Below the pieces are notes generated by a model. It did no database searches. It saw only the letters and a list, made by a program, of their open reading frames with translations, and was not told the DNA's origin. 64,000 nucleotides of DNA, from positions 1,280,001-1,344,000 of the forward strand of contig JBEKKK010000001.1 in the NCBI GenBank assembly GCA_050010755.1, read 5' to 3'. A program made the position numbers and the translations under genes. The number at the start of each line of letters is the position of its first letter. Positions within the stretch are counted from its first letter, which is position 1. Below, one piece after another: positions 27,730 to 36,739 of this stretch. Origin of the DNA: Candidatus Bathyarchaeia archaeon (GTDB taxonomy: Archaea; Thermoproteota; Bathyarchaeia; Bathyarchaeales; Bathycorpusculaceae).

Positions 27730-29283
27730 TCATGACGTTTTGCCGATTGTGCTCACTGGCTTTGTTGATTCCTTGGGTGCTCTGAAACTTCTCGTCCTCC
27801 TAAGATCTACTAGGGCCACCAACAGAGTGACTACGCAAAGTGACGCGGCGATTGCAACGAGAAGCGAAGGTGGGGCTAAACTTTGAGCGGGAGGGAAATT
27901 TAAGTTTTCGCCGAGGACGTTTGTTCCGATGATTTCAACAGTGTGGTTGCCTTGGACGCGCTGGAATGACAACGCGGTGGCGACGGCGGTTTCTGTTGCC
28001 GTGTAAGAGATTGGGATCCCATCCACTTTAATTGTCCACTGCGACGTCAGGTTGCATGTTAGAAGTTTCTTTGGAACGCTGATTTGGAGAAACCAATTTT
28101 CCATCGAGAGAACGTCAAAGCGTATCTCCTTATCGGTCGCGTTGAAAACGGCGTTAAAAAGCCCAGAGGGTGCATTCGTTTTCGTGACCCCGGTTACGTT
28201 ATCCGCCACTTGGACTCCAAAGTTTGTTCCATTAGAGGGAACGGTAAAGCTCTCAATGACCTCGGCCGGGATGTATGCTTCCCCGTTGCTCGCGAATCCG
28301 CCGCTCATTAAGTAGGTGTCGATCAGTCGGATGTCTGAAACGCCAATCCCAACCGACGTGAATTTAAGGTAAGCCAGCTGTCCGCTTCCACTGGCTCCCG
28401 CGACGTTGAGATCTGCGAGGAAATCGTTCGCAAGAGGCGTGCTTTCCAATTGATTACTCGGGTTTGAGTATGACATAGTCGTAAATCCTGTGAATTCTGC
28501 TGACTCTTTCAGAAAGTCACCTTCATAGAAGCCAGTGCACTTCAAAATCGATGAGTTAAAATCAATACCTGCCGACCACTCCCAAAGGTTGTAAACGTTT
28601 GATATTCTTATGTTTACAGTAAAGTCTTGGCCAAGGCTCGTCGACTCTACCGCTGACGGCTCCGTGAATAAAGTTGTATTCTGATGCTGCAGTTCATAAG
28701 CAGCCTCGTCAGTTACGACGCTGACGATCCCATAGGGGTACAGCATGCTGTTGTCCGAGGGAGTCGGATCTCCAGGCAGATATGCCGTTGCCCTGAGGGC
28801 ATAACCCCCCAATGCCCATCCAGTAGTGTTCCAGACAAAAGTCGAATATGTTTGTTCCCCTGGACTCAGATTGGTCACTGTCTGATTTGGAGCCACACTA
28901 GTTGAATTAGCAAAGACACCCACGCCGAAGCTTTCTGTAAAGGCACCTGTGTTCAGAACGGTAACTGATATGTCCACTGAAGAGTCATTTGCCACGCTGG
29001 GAGATAGGCCCATATCCACCGGCGCAACATTTGTTACGGCGACATCGTGAACAAGCGCGCTATGTCCAGGAGATGCGCCGTTCGCAGGCATTACGCTTAC
29101 GAGCATTATTGAAGGGTTCGCCAAAAGAGTCAGTATTAGCAGAACAAGGACTATTTTCGATTTGATTTTCTCTGTTTTTGACAGGCGTGATTTGAGGTTT
29201 CTCATTATGTATCGCATTCTCAGTCGCCATACTTCAAGATGATCTTTCGCTAACTTTACTCTATACGTTCGAACGTTTCCCAT
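27730..29283 (-). CDS. Membrane-anchored surface protein (CARDB/Ig-like plus cohesin-like domains); true start probably downstream
   Basis: Signal/TM segment, HDVAVTNV..VTVLNTG..WNTTG..DNS CARDB pattern, FTVNIRISNVYNL..FNSSILKC..EGDFL cohesin pattern, C-terminal TM + RR; many NxS/T sequons. Confidence 0.75.
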   Translation of the reverse strand: MGNVRTYRVKLAKDHLEVWRLRMRYIMRNLKSRLSKTEKIKSKIVLVLLILTLLANPSIMLVSVMPANGASPGHSALVHDVAVTNVAPVDMGLSPSVANDSSVDISVTVLNTGAFTESFGVGVFANSTSVAPNQTVTNLSPGEQTYSTFVWNTTGWALGGYALRATAYLPGDPTPSDNSMLYPYGIVSVVTDEAAYELQHQNTTLFTEPSAVESTSLGQDFTVNIRISNVYNLWEWSAGIDFNSSILKCTGFYEGDFLKESAEFTGFTTMSYSNPSNQLESTPLANDFLADLNVAGASGSGQLAYLKFTSVGIGVSDIRLIDTYLMSGGFASNGEAYIPAEVIESFTVPSNGTNFGVQVADNVTGVTKTNAPSGLFNAVFNATDKEIRFDVLSMENWFLQISVPKKLLTCNLTSQWTIKVDGIPISYTATETAVATALSFQRVQGNHTVEIIGTNVLGENLNFPPAQSLAPPSLLVAIAASLCVVTLLVALVDLRRTRSFRAPKESTKPVSTIGKTS

Positions 29284-29286
29284 GCT

Positions 29287-29751
29287 TTATCGAACGCTCC
29301 TTCTGGATGAGGGTAAATTGGAATAGAGCGTGACTGCATCATACCACAGGATTATTGAGGCTACGATTCCCGGAAGTAAGGCGAGGAAAACTGTCGGTGT
29401 AAAGAATTTCCAGAACAGAACTGTAAAGGACAGACACATGAGCGTGGTCGCAGTTGCATAGATGATTTGCTTGGGAAAAACGAGGCCATGAACCACAAAG
29501 AAGCGATCTATCAGTCGGACCTTTGTTTCTCCGTTGATCTTGTAGTTTCCATAGGAATCTTTGGTCAAGATTCTATTATGAGCCAGCTTTTCAAGATGGT
29601 AGTATGCGCTGCTGGGGCTCGAAAAACCCATGGCCCTCTGGATTTCTCTAACACCGCAAGTCTGTTTCTTCCTCAGAAGATAGAAGTATACAATCAATGT
29701 ATTCCCTGAGATGTCCGCTGACTGCTCCTTGTCTCCCGAGGGCAACGACAC
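29287..29751 (-). CDS. Winged-HTH regulator with two C-terminal TM helices
   Basis: GNTLIVYFYLL..GVREIQRAMGFSSPSSAYYHLEKL followed by two hydrophobic segments. Confidence 0.8.
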   Translation of the reverse strand: MSLPSGDKEQSADISGNTLIVYFYLLRKKQTCGVREIQRAMGFSSPSSAYYHLEKLAHNRILTKDSYGNYKINGETKVRLIDRFFVVHGLVFPKQIIYATATTLMCLSFTVLFWKFFTPTVFLALLPGIVASIILWYDAVTLYSNLPSSRRSVR

Positions 29752-30753
29752 ACACCTTTCGGGGCCAACCCTCCCCCAACATTATTGTTATTACGTCGTT
29801 CTAATTAAACGATACTTTCGAACAGCAAGTTAGCGCATCTTGAGCAAGTACCCAAGATGCTTCGTGATGAACCGTGGGGAACTTTTTGACTGATCAGAGC
29901 TTTTGTTTAACCGAAAAGACAGAAAGAGGTCGCTTATAACAATGAACGTGTCTGCACATGCTTGCGCGAAGTTTTGCCGGTGTAACTACTGGGAGAAAGT
30001 TCCAGATTTCGGACACGGGTTCCACGAAGATAGGGTCATGGTGAGTGTTGTTCGAAGTTTCTGGTTGCTAGCGCGATATCTCTAGCGTACGCTTCTGTAT
30101 AGAACGCGCGTCTGCGTGGGAGCGTTTTTCGCTGAGCAACATTGCAAATCTCATGCAGTAAGATGATTGCGAATCAACAATGCATAGCGAAATCGATGTT
30201 TAAGAGTGTTAGAACAGGGCATGTGTCGATTTTTGGCATATTGTCATTTTTGCAATTTCCTATATACGTTTTGAAGCGAATCTGACTGTTGCTAGTGATG
30301 CGGTAGTATGAGCCAAAAACTTTCCAGTAAGAAGTTCTTGGAATTGTTTGATGTCTTATGGCAGGAAGGACCAAGAACAGAATACAAGAACCCTGACAGT
30401 TGGGCCGGCTATTAGCTGAGGATTAGCGCGCGCTCTCGCATTGGTTCAGAAAACATGCATAAGAGACTCTGCGCGTGCTGGCAAAGCGCCGCGTGCGCCA
30501 TCAAAATCACAATAACGTTACTACTGTAAAGTCGTTTCACTTGTTGAGCGCGCACTAACAGTAGAATGGCCATATGACGGAAAATGATGCGGCTCACGTG
30601 TCCAATATTGATTGTGAATCCAGTATGTTAATATGCTGCGTTCTCGAGTCTATCGGAGTAAGCAAGATTTTTGCCCATAGTATCGTGAAACCGGATTGTT
30701 CCGTTTTTGCTTTTGGCATATCTGCTAGAAGAAAAGAATTCGAGGTGAAAAAC

Positions 30754-30840
30754 ATGCAAGACACTAAGGAAATGGAAGAACGAATTAGGCGAACCGAAAT
30801 TTGGATGTATCGGTCTAAGACGCACGAAATGCAACGATAG
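30754..30840 (+). CDS. Putative microprotein (28 aa)
   Basis: MQDTKEMEERIRRTEIWMYRSKTHEMQR; GAGGTGA SD upstream; T-tract downstream. Confidence 0.5.
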   Translation: MQDTKEMEERIRRTEIWMYRSKTHEMQR

Positions 30841-31007
30841 TAGATTTCCTATCTTTTTTCCTTGAAAGGTATCTCTGTTTAACAATCACTCCAATCCGAA
30901 TCAAGAATTTTGTTATGGCACGCGCCAGTTGAGTCGGTTTTTGCTGCGCACTTCTAATATACTGGATAATTGAATATTATCATGCAGGGCACGCGGGGTT
31001 TGGGAGG

Positions 31008-31199
31008 ATGAGCTACAAGGAGGAAATGGAAAAAGGAGTCAAAGAGCGCTCTTTGAGTTATGAGATGTGGTTGAGACACGTCAAAAACTTGACTGGGCAA
31101 GAAATCTTTGAAATTAAGAATGAGGTCAACCGAGACCCCGCCAAGAACCGTGAACTGAAGGAAGAATACGAAAAGTGGAAGGCCAGCGTGCCTAAATAG
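31008..31199 (+). CDS. Small helical hypothetical protein (63 aa)
   Basis: GGAGG SD immediately upstream; protein-like charged composition. Confidence 0.6.
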   Translation: MSYKEEMEKGVKERSLSYEMWLRHVKNLTGQEIFEIKNEVNRDPAKNRELKEEYEKWKASVPK

Positions 31200-31265
31200 T
31201 CGTCAATTAACGCACGCCAAAATTATTAAAGCACTATACGCATATCATACCTTCTGGGAATATAA

Positions 31266-31355
31266 ATGCCGAAAAAAGAAAAACCGTTAACTAAGAAAGA
31301 GCGAGACGAGAAAAGGAAAAAACATAAGGAGAAGCAAAGCAAGACACAGAGTTAA
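31266..31355 (+). CDS. Putative Lys-rich microprotein (29 aa)
   Basis: MPKKEKPLTKKERDEKRKKHKEKQSKTQS; upstream AAAATTATTAAA promoter-like element; downstream T-tract. Confidence 0.5.
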   Translation: MPKKEKPLTKKERDEKRKKHKEKQSKTQS

Positions 31356-31527
31356 GCCCTAAGAAAGAGCTTTGCAAAACCCTTTTTCTCTTTTTACTTT
31401 AAAGTTGGCTTCTTTAATGAAATGAGAGAAAGACGCTTCAGTTTGGGATATTGTCGGCTTCCTCCGTTAATGCGAAAGAAATATGTTTTAAGCTTGTTCA
31501 TCTATAGTTGATTTGTAGCTGAGAGTT

Positions 31528-31656
31528 ATGCCGAGTGTATTGAAACGTAAACAAAAGAATGCTCAAATCGCACAACAGAAAAAGATGGAACGGGATAAAG
31601 AAGCTAAAAAGAAACAGTTGAGACAGCAACTTCCTGCCAAGGGCAAGAAACGTTAA
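31528..31656 (+). CDS. Putative Lys/Gln-rich microprotein (42 aa)
   Basis: MPSVLKRKQKNAQIAQQKKMERDKEAKKKQLRQQLPAKGKKR; TTTTAAG TATA-like element upstream. Confidence 0.5.
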   Translation: MPSVLKRKQKNAQIAQQKKMERDKEAKKKQLRQQLPAKGKKR

Positions 31657-31878
31657 AGCCACTAAAAGGAGCTATGGTAACCATCTAGAAGCTTATGCCT
31701 AGCGCGCGCTGGAAGATGGATTAATTTATGGATACCGTGATGACCATTTGACAAGGCTTCAAGCGATACTTCTATTACGGAGATTGAATAAATTCGGTCT
31801 AGTTGAAGGATTCAAGGGAACTCAAAGTCATTTTGGAAAATCAACCATCAAGTTTGTAGGATAGGAAGGTGAGAAAAA

Positions 31879-32016
31879 ATGGGCGAGAGAAGATACAACA
31901 GAAGTAAAAGCTACAAATGTCCATCATGTAGTCTAGAATTCAAGAGTGAGGGAGTACCTGGACACTGTCCACGATGTCACGCTGTAATTGAAATCAAAAG
32001 AAACAATAGGAGATAA
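31879..32016 (+). CDS. Small Zn-finger protein (45 aa)
   Basis: MGERRYNRSKSYKCPSCSLEFKSEGVPGHCPRCHAVIEIKRNNRR; GGAAGGTGA SD. Confidence 0.65.
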   Translation: MGERRYNRSKSYKCPSCSLEFKSEGVPGHCPRCHAVIEIKRNNRR

Positions 32017-32142
32017 AAAGAAACCCCGCGCGTGTTCGACTTTAGTGATTCTAGACATAGTGTTTATAAGAAGCGATGCGAACTGTGGACGAAGCGTGTA
32101 AGAAGCAATTTTTGCACAGCGACATAGAAGGAGTTGAGAGAG

Positions 32143-32292
32143 TTGACGTATGAGAGAAAAGAGATGCACAAGGCAGTTTGCGCTGAATGCGGAAAGGAAT
32201 GCGAAGTACCATTCAAGCCCGATGGCAGCAGACCCGTATACTGCCGAGAGTGTTACGCGAAAAGAGCACCGCCACGAAGAAATCGATTTTAG
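32143..32292 (+). CDS. CxxC-x17-CxxC domain protein (49 aa)
   Basis: TTG start: MTYERKEMHKAVCAECGKECEVPFKPDGSRPVYCRECYAKRAPPRRNRF; TTTATAAG promoter element, GGAG SD, T-rich terminator. Confidence 0.9.
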   Translation: MTYERKEMHKAVCAECGKECEVPFKPDGSRPVYCRECYAKRAPPRRNRF

Positions 32293-32320
32293 ATTAAGCC
32301 AAGTGCTCTAATCTGAGATT

Positions 32321-32347
32321 GGTTTTCCAGTTTCTTTATTCTTTTTT
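32321..32347 (+). terminator. Oligo-T terminator-like tract
   Basis: GGTTTTCCAGTTTCTTTATTCTTTTTT after the CxxC gene, ending at a TAGCGCGCGC motif. Confidence 0.5.
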
Positions 32348-32535
32348 AGCGCGCGCCGATGTTGATGGGAAAGATGGTGCGGACTGATTTTCTGTAATAT
32401 AATATGAGGAAGAGCAGAGGAGCAACACCGCTATTTCTTAGTCTCATTTTGGAACTAAAAGTCTTGATGGCACAATAGATCATGGCCAAATGGTGGCTCG
32501 AGCCTCACAAACATTGCGCGCTAGCGCGGTAGTAG

Positions 32536-32667
32536 GAATTTGAAGAAGACGACAAATATTGCACTGCTACAGTTGGCTACATTGAAGATGCTGGAAAACT
32601 GCTAGAAGCGGGATTTGAATACGTTTGCGACCATGGAAGTATTCTGCTATTCAGAAAAAGGAAGTGA
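32536..32667 (+). pseudogene. C-terminal remnant of an archaeal tyrosine integrase
   Basis: EFEEDDKYCTATVGYIEDAGKLLEAGFEYVCDHGSILLFRKRK* resembles the LxEAGFEYV...FRKRK tail I recall from Bathyarchaeia/Nitrososphaeria integrases; preceded by TAG TAG with no start codon. Confidence 0.7.
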
Positions 32668-32795
32668 AATAAAGCCTTACCCCAAACGCACGCTCTGGGT
32701 TCTGGTCCATCGTCGGGTTATTAGTCTTCGTGGTGCCGGTGGGTGATGATTTGATTTCTTGCGGTATTGTTTCTTGAGGTTCTGTGGAGTCTGCG

Positions 32796-33467
32796 TCAGA
32801 TGGTTTTCTCTGAAATTTCGTCTGATGGTTTCAGATAGGAAGATGGTTTGGAGCCATATTGGCAAAGGCTGGATAGTCTTCGCTGTAGCTCTTGGATACG
32901 TTCTTTCATAGTCATGACAGGCATTTTGACTCCGAGTGCCTCCCAAGTGTGGGAAGCGTCACCTAGATTTCCATTGACAAGTTTGGTCAAACAACTGATA
33001 GCGGCTTCCTCATTTCCTGTTAGAGATATTGCTCTGATATCGGCAGCTATTTCTTGCTCTTTAGCGATGGCAGGCAAAGGGAGAGGGATGTTGAATAGAT
33101 AGAAAAACGTTTTTGCCCCATTTAGAATGGCGTGAGTATCGCTTTTGCAGTTTCTTATGAGTGCATCGATGAATCCATCACTGGCACGAGGTACAACATG
33201 ATTAAGATAGATGTGGGAAGTTTCATGTGCCAATATGAACTTTTGTTCATCGTAGGTTAGAGTTTTGTTCAAATAATCCTTGTTTACGGACACGTTTCCG
33301 AAGGCTACGTTGACTTTCTTATTCACGACAGGAATCGTGTCGTTAATATATAGTCCAATAGCCTTTGCTATGTCGTCCCGACAATTAGTGACAATAATAA
33401 CTCGTAGGTCAACATTCAAAGACTCTAAAAACTGATTGACTTCAATTTGCATTTCTTGTATCTGCAT
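32796..33467 (-). CDS. M48-like zinc metalloprotease
   Basis: FILAHETSH (HExxH), EQEIAAD third ligand, ERI tail. Confidence 0.8.
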   Translation of the reverse strand: MQIQEMQIEVNQFLESLNVDLRVIIVTNCRDDIAKAIGLYINDTIPVVNKKVNVAFGNVSVNKDYLNKTLTYDEQKFILAHETSHIYLNHVVPRASDGFIDALIRNCKSDTHAILNGAKTFFYLFNIPLPLPAIAKEQEIAADIRAISLTGNEEAAISCLTKLVNGNLGDASHTWEALGVKMPVMTMKERIQELQRRLSSLCQYGSKPSSYLKPSDEISEKTI

Positions 33468-33867
33468 TGAGACCTCTGGTAGTTACATTGTAAACTTGAT
33501 AAACCTTCTGATGGATCAGCTTCTAGCTCATTATCGCCCGCGCTTGACTTCACCAAAAACCTTGGATTCAAGGAAGACAATGTCACAAGACTAGGTCTAA
33601 AACTAAAATGGTAGCGCGCGCTTCTCTTTTCGGCATTAGCTAGAAGCGCGCCCATTAATCGCCTATAGCAGCATAAAGAGGGTTCGTCCTTGGGTAGCGA
33701 GCTTTAACTCAACGGTTTCTCATAGGACTTAGCTGGTGAAAGTCGAAATGATCATGGCGTCTATGATGACATCACGTCAGTATGAAGGGATTTAAGTTTG
33801 GTCCTTTTTTCCCAGGATGATTTGACATTAAGTTGATTCTGAGGCGCCACAACACTATCTTCCAAAG

Positions 33868-33963
33868 TAGGCTTACAATGAGCTTGTAGAGCAACTGAAA
33901 GAAGAGAAAAAACTCGGCGAAGGAATAAAGAGAAATTTGGAGAGTATTGGATGTAGCGTCTGA
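33868..33963 (+). pseudogene. Remnant resembling the C-terminus of type I R-M methyltransferase HsdM
   Basis: RLT / (1-nt shift) / ELVEQLKEEKKLGEGIKRNLESIGCSV*, matching the recalled HsdM tail pattern RLTxELxEQxxExxxLxxxIKxNLxxIG. Confidence 0.5.
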
Positions 33964-33977
33964 GGAAGAGAGCGCGC

Positions 33978-34328
33978 GTGTTTAACTTTGCGTCAGATAG
34001 CTTTTGCTCTCAACTTTCGTCTGATGGAAGCACAAAACTCTTATCATACCAACAGCTTCACGGGGGGGGTTGCTGGAAGCGATTAATCACGGATAACGAA
34101 TCTTTCTTGTGCCCAAAATGCAATAAAAAGACGTTTTCTGTTGGAAACGCAGATTCTATATGGCAAGAAGGAATATCGAATCCAGAATTGATAGATTTGA
34201 TAAAGAACCTAATGGCTGAGGGAAAAATGAAGGAATATCGCTTCTGGCGATGCAAACATTGCAACATCTACTATCAGACTGATCTGAATGTGAAATTTCT
34301 GAAGCGATTTCCGTTACGAGAACGGTAG
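33978..34328 (+). CDS. Hypothetical double-CxxC Zn-finger protein (start uncertain)
   Basis: CPKC...CKHC; flanked by 10-bp inverted repeats GAGAGCGCGC. Confidence 0.55.
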   Translation: MFNFASDSFCSQLSSDGSTKLLSYQQLHGGGCWKRLITDNESFLCPKCNKKTFSVGNADSIWQEGISNPELIDLIKNLMAEGKMKEYRFWRCKHCNIYYQTDLNVKFLKRFPLRER

Positions 34329-34545
34329 TGCGCGCTCTCGTAGAAATGTTTGGTGCGCTTGCTTTGGGGGTAATGTTTTGTCGCGCGCACTTATGCTTTT
34401 GTTTTTGACTAATTAATCGCACTTTTGGGCACATACGTTTATATGTCATGTTGAGTGTGTTAGGTACAAGAAAAGTTTGCCGTTGGCTCGTAACAGTTTT
34501 TATGTGTACTGGAAATGGCTTGCTTTTTTTATCAGGCACGAGAAT

Positions 34546-34845
34546 ATGAATAGGATGACAAAGATGCTTATTGGAAACCGTAACAAGTTGCAGATAATGG
34601 CAGAGATTCTAGGGAAGTTGCGGGAACCAACCAGTAAAACGAATATTATGTTTCATTGTAACATGAACTCCATGCAGTCAGGTCAATATCTAAACCTGAT
34701 GGGATCAAGTGATCTTGTTCGAAAGGATGATCTGGCTGGAAAAGTCACTTATAAGAGAACAGAAACTGGCAGAAAGTTTCTGGAAGCATATAACAGGATG
34801 ATCCTTCTAATTGATCCAAGCATTTCTGCACCCTTTCTAGCCTGA
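34546..34845 (+). CDS. Archaeal winged-helix regulator (HTH_45-like)
   Basis: RNKLQIMAEIL...KTNIMFHCNMN...YLNLM...YKRTETGRKFL. Confidence 0.85.
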   Translation: MNRMTKMLIGNRNKLQIMAEILGKLREPTSKTNIMFHCNMNSMQSGQYLNLMGSSDLVRKDDLAGKVTYKRTETGRKFLEAYNRMILLIDPSISAPFLA

Positions 34846-34879
34846 CGATAGAAAAGGAATTGTCCAGATAGAGGTGATA

Positions 34880-35053
34880 TTGTTGCTGAGTATGAAGGAC
34901 GTTAGGAAGTGCAGAAACTCATTAGAACTGAACAATTTCATAGAAAAATACATTGCAGAGAGGAACTCGCCAAACGAGAGTTTCAACAGCACATATTGGA
35001 CTCTGTTCGAAGAGTGGAAAAAAACACTTAAGGATAAACCTTTACGAGCGTAA
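34880..35053 (+). CDS. Small hypothetical protein (57 aa)
   Basis: GAGGTGA SD then TTG: MLLSMKDVRKCRNSLELNNFIEKYIAERNSPNESFNSTYWTLFEEWKKTLKDKPLRA. Confidence 0.5.
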   Translation: MLLSMKDVRKCRNSLELNNFIEKYIAERNSPNESFNSTYWTLFEEWKKTLKDKPLRA

Positions 35054-35090
35054 AGATAGATCGATTACGCCCGATTACGTTTGACGAGAG

Positions 35091-35145
35091 TGTGAGGTTA
35101 AATGGGATGGTGGAGCATTAACCTTATTAACGATACTGTAAATGC
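35091..35145 (+). repeat. 55-bp direct repeat copy 1 (contains TATA-like CTTATTAA)
   Basis: 49/55 identical to 36740-36794 by eye. Confidence 0.85.
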
Positions 35146-35326
35146 GTTTAAAATTGAGCGTGCTTATTGCAAGAGCCACAAGCATTAATTTACTCGAAAC
35201 CCACGAGAGAGTTTTTGCGGATCAAAAATAGTTAATGCAGGGCCAAAAAGAAGCGCTGTGCAGGTTCGTTTGAGCACGACAAAATTAATAAGTGAAGACC
35301 ATTCTCTCCAGAATAGTGGTTCTTGA

Positions 35327-36157
35327 ATGGATCCGGTGACGTTGGGAATAATACTTTTCGTTCTTTTTATCGTGCTGATAATTCTTCTGAGCGGCATTAG
35401 AGTCGTGAAAGAGTGGGAAAGGGCTCCGCTACTCACTTTAGGCAGATACAGGGGACTCAAAGGTCCAGGAATAATTTACGTGCCACCAATCATAAGCCGC
35501 GTGCCTTTTGTAATATCAATGAGGCTGCAGGTGGTCTCATTCAAGACTGAGCAGACTCTCACCAAGGACAACGTGCCCGTGGTTGTGGACGCCGTGATGT
35601 ACTTCCAGCCCGTTGACTTGCAGAAAGTGGTGCTGGGCGCGGAAAGTTTCAGAGATGCCACCAACTTTGCCGCACAGACGACGCTGAGAGAGGTTATCGG
35701 GCAGGCAAGCTTCGATGAAGTGCTTACTGAAAGAGAAAAAGTCGGCTCAATCGCTCGAGGAATAATCGATTCGAAGACAGAGGCTTGGGGAATAAAGGTG
35801 ACGTCGGTTGAAATCAGGGACGTCGCCATTCCTCAAGTGCTCCAAGATGCGATGTCCAGACAAGCACAGGCCGAACGTGAGAGAAGAGCGAGAGTCACAT
35901 TGGCGACAGCGGAATTTGAAGCGGCACAGAAAATGATTGAAGCCGCAAACCTCTACGAAAAAAGCCACGAAGCCTTAAGACTGAGGTGGATGAACATCCT
36001 CTACGAAATTGGACAGCAATCCAAAACAAACACGATTATGCTAGTTCCATCGTCGATGCCAGAAGCAGGATGGCCACCAACCGGCATGTATGGCTTCAAA
36101 GAAATCGCCAAAGACACAAGCAAGAAAGATACTAAGACGGAGAATCAGAAAACCTAG
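35327..36157 (+). CDS. SPFH/band-7 (stomatin-like) protein
   Basis: N-terminal TM, LKGPG, LTKDNVPV, AQTTLREVIG, WGIKVTSVEIRDV, QAQAERERRA. Confidence 0.93.
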   Translation: MDPVTLGIILFVLFIVLIILLSGIRVVKEWERAPLLTLGRYRGLKGPGIIYVPPIISRVPFVISMRLQVVSFKTEQTLTKDNVPVVVDAVMYFQPVDLQKVVLGAESFRDATNFAAQTTLREVIGQASFDEVLTEREKVGSIARGIIDSKTEAWGIKVTSVEIRDVAIPQVLQDAMSRQAQAERERRARVTLATAEFEAAQKMIEAANLYEKSHEALRLRWMNILYEIGQQSKTNTIMLVPSSMPEAGWPPTGMYGFKEIAKDTSKKDTKTENQKT

Positions 36158-36169
36158 CAGGTGCTAATA

Positions 36170-36370
36170 TTAGGGCCGTCTTTGTATGAGTATCCTGTCT
36201 ATTTTTCCTTCTGCTAGTTGTTCCTGCATCTCTTTGACGAAGCTGTAGAATTCGTCTGGAAACATGGCGGCTTCTGTGTTCATGTCGAACGTTTTTGTCT
36301 GGGCCACCGTGTTGGCGTAAAGGCCGTTCTTAATTCCTTCCACACTAACCCGTACCATACCATCATCCAT
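36170..36370 (-). CDS. Small hypothetical protein
   Basis: 66-aa ORF with protein-like composition downstream of the YwbE-like gene. Confidence 0.55.
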   Translation of the reverse strand: MDDGMVRVSVEGIKNGLYANTVAQTKTFDMNTEAAMFPDEFYSFVKEMQEQLAEGKIDRILIQRRP

Positions 36371-36425
36371 GGAAATAAGAAAGGGAGATAGGTTATATGC
36401 ATATCTAACAAGTCAAGGCGTGCTA

Positions 36426-36623
36426 CTATCCTATTATTGATTGTACTCTGCCGACTTTCCCGTCTATCAGTCGTACCTTGATTCCGTGGGGGTGAGTTGA
36501 GCTGTTGGTGAGGATATTCTTGACGACGCCCTCGGTTAATTTGCCGTTGCGTTGGTCCTGCTTCAGGACGATTCTTACGCGGATACCAGGATTGATTTGG
36601 CTCCTCTGCTGATTTGGTTGCAT
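36426..36623 (-). CDS. YwbE/DUF2196-family protein
   Basis: IVLKQDQRNGKLTEGVVKNILTNSSTHPHGIKVRLIDGKVGRVQ signature. Confidence 0.9.
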   Translation of the reverse strand: MQPNQQRSQINPGIRVRIVLKQDQRNGKLTEGVVKNILTNSSTHPHGIKVRLIDGKVGRVQSIIG

Positions 36624-36739
36624 TTCCGATAATAGGTTCTTCGGGGCTTATAGCGTATTCGCACCGCTTATCCAAAACGATGAATCGGTGCCGAGGGCAA
36701 GCACGCGCTTTCCTTTTCTTCTACGACGTCGTCAGAAGT

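Noticed and set aside
29900-35060. Canonical integron (attC sites / IntI)
   Set aside because: The hairpins lack RYYYAAC...GTTRRRY ends and the integrase remnant shows no IntI features; kept only as an analogy.
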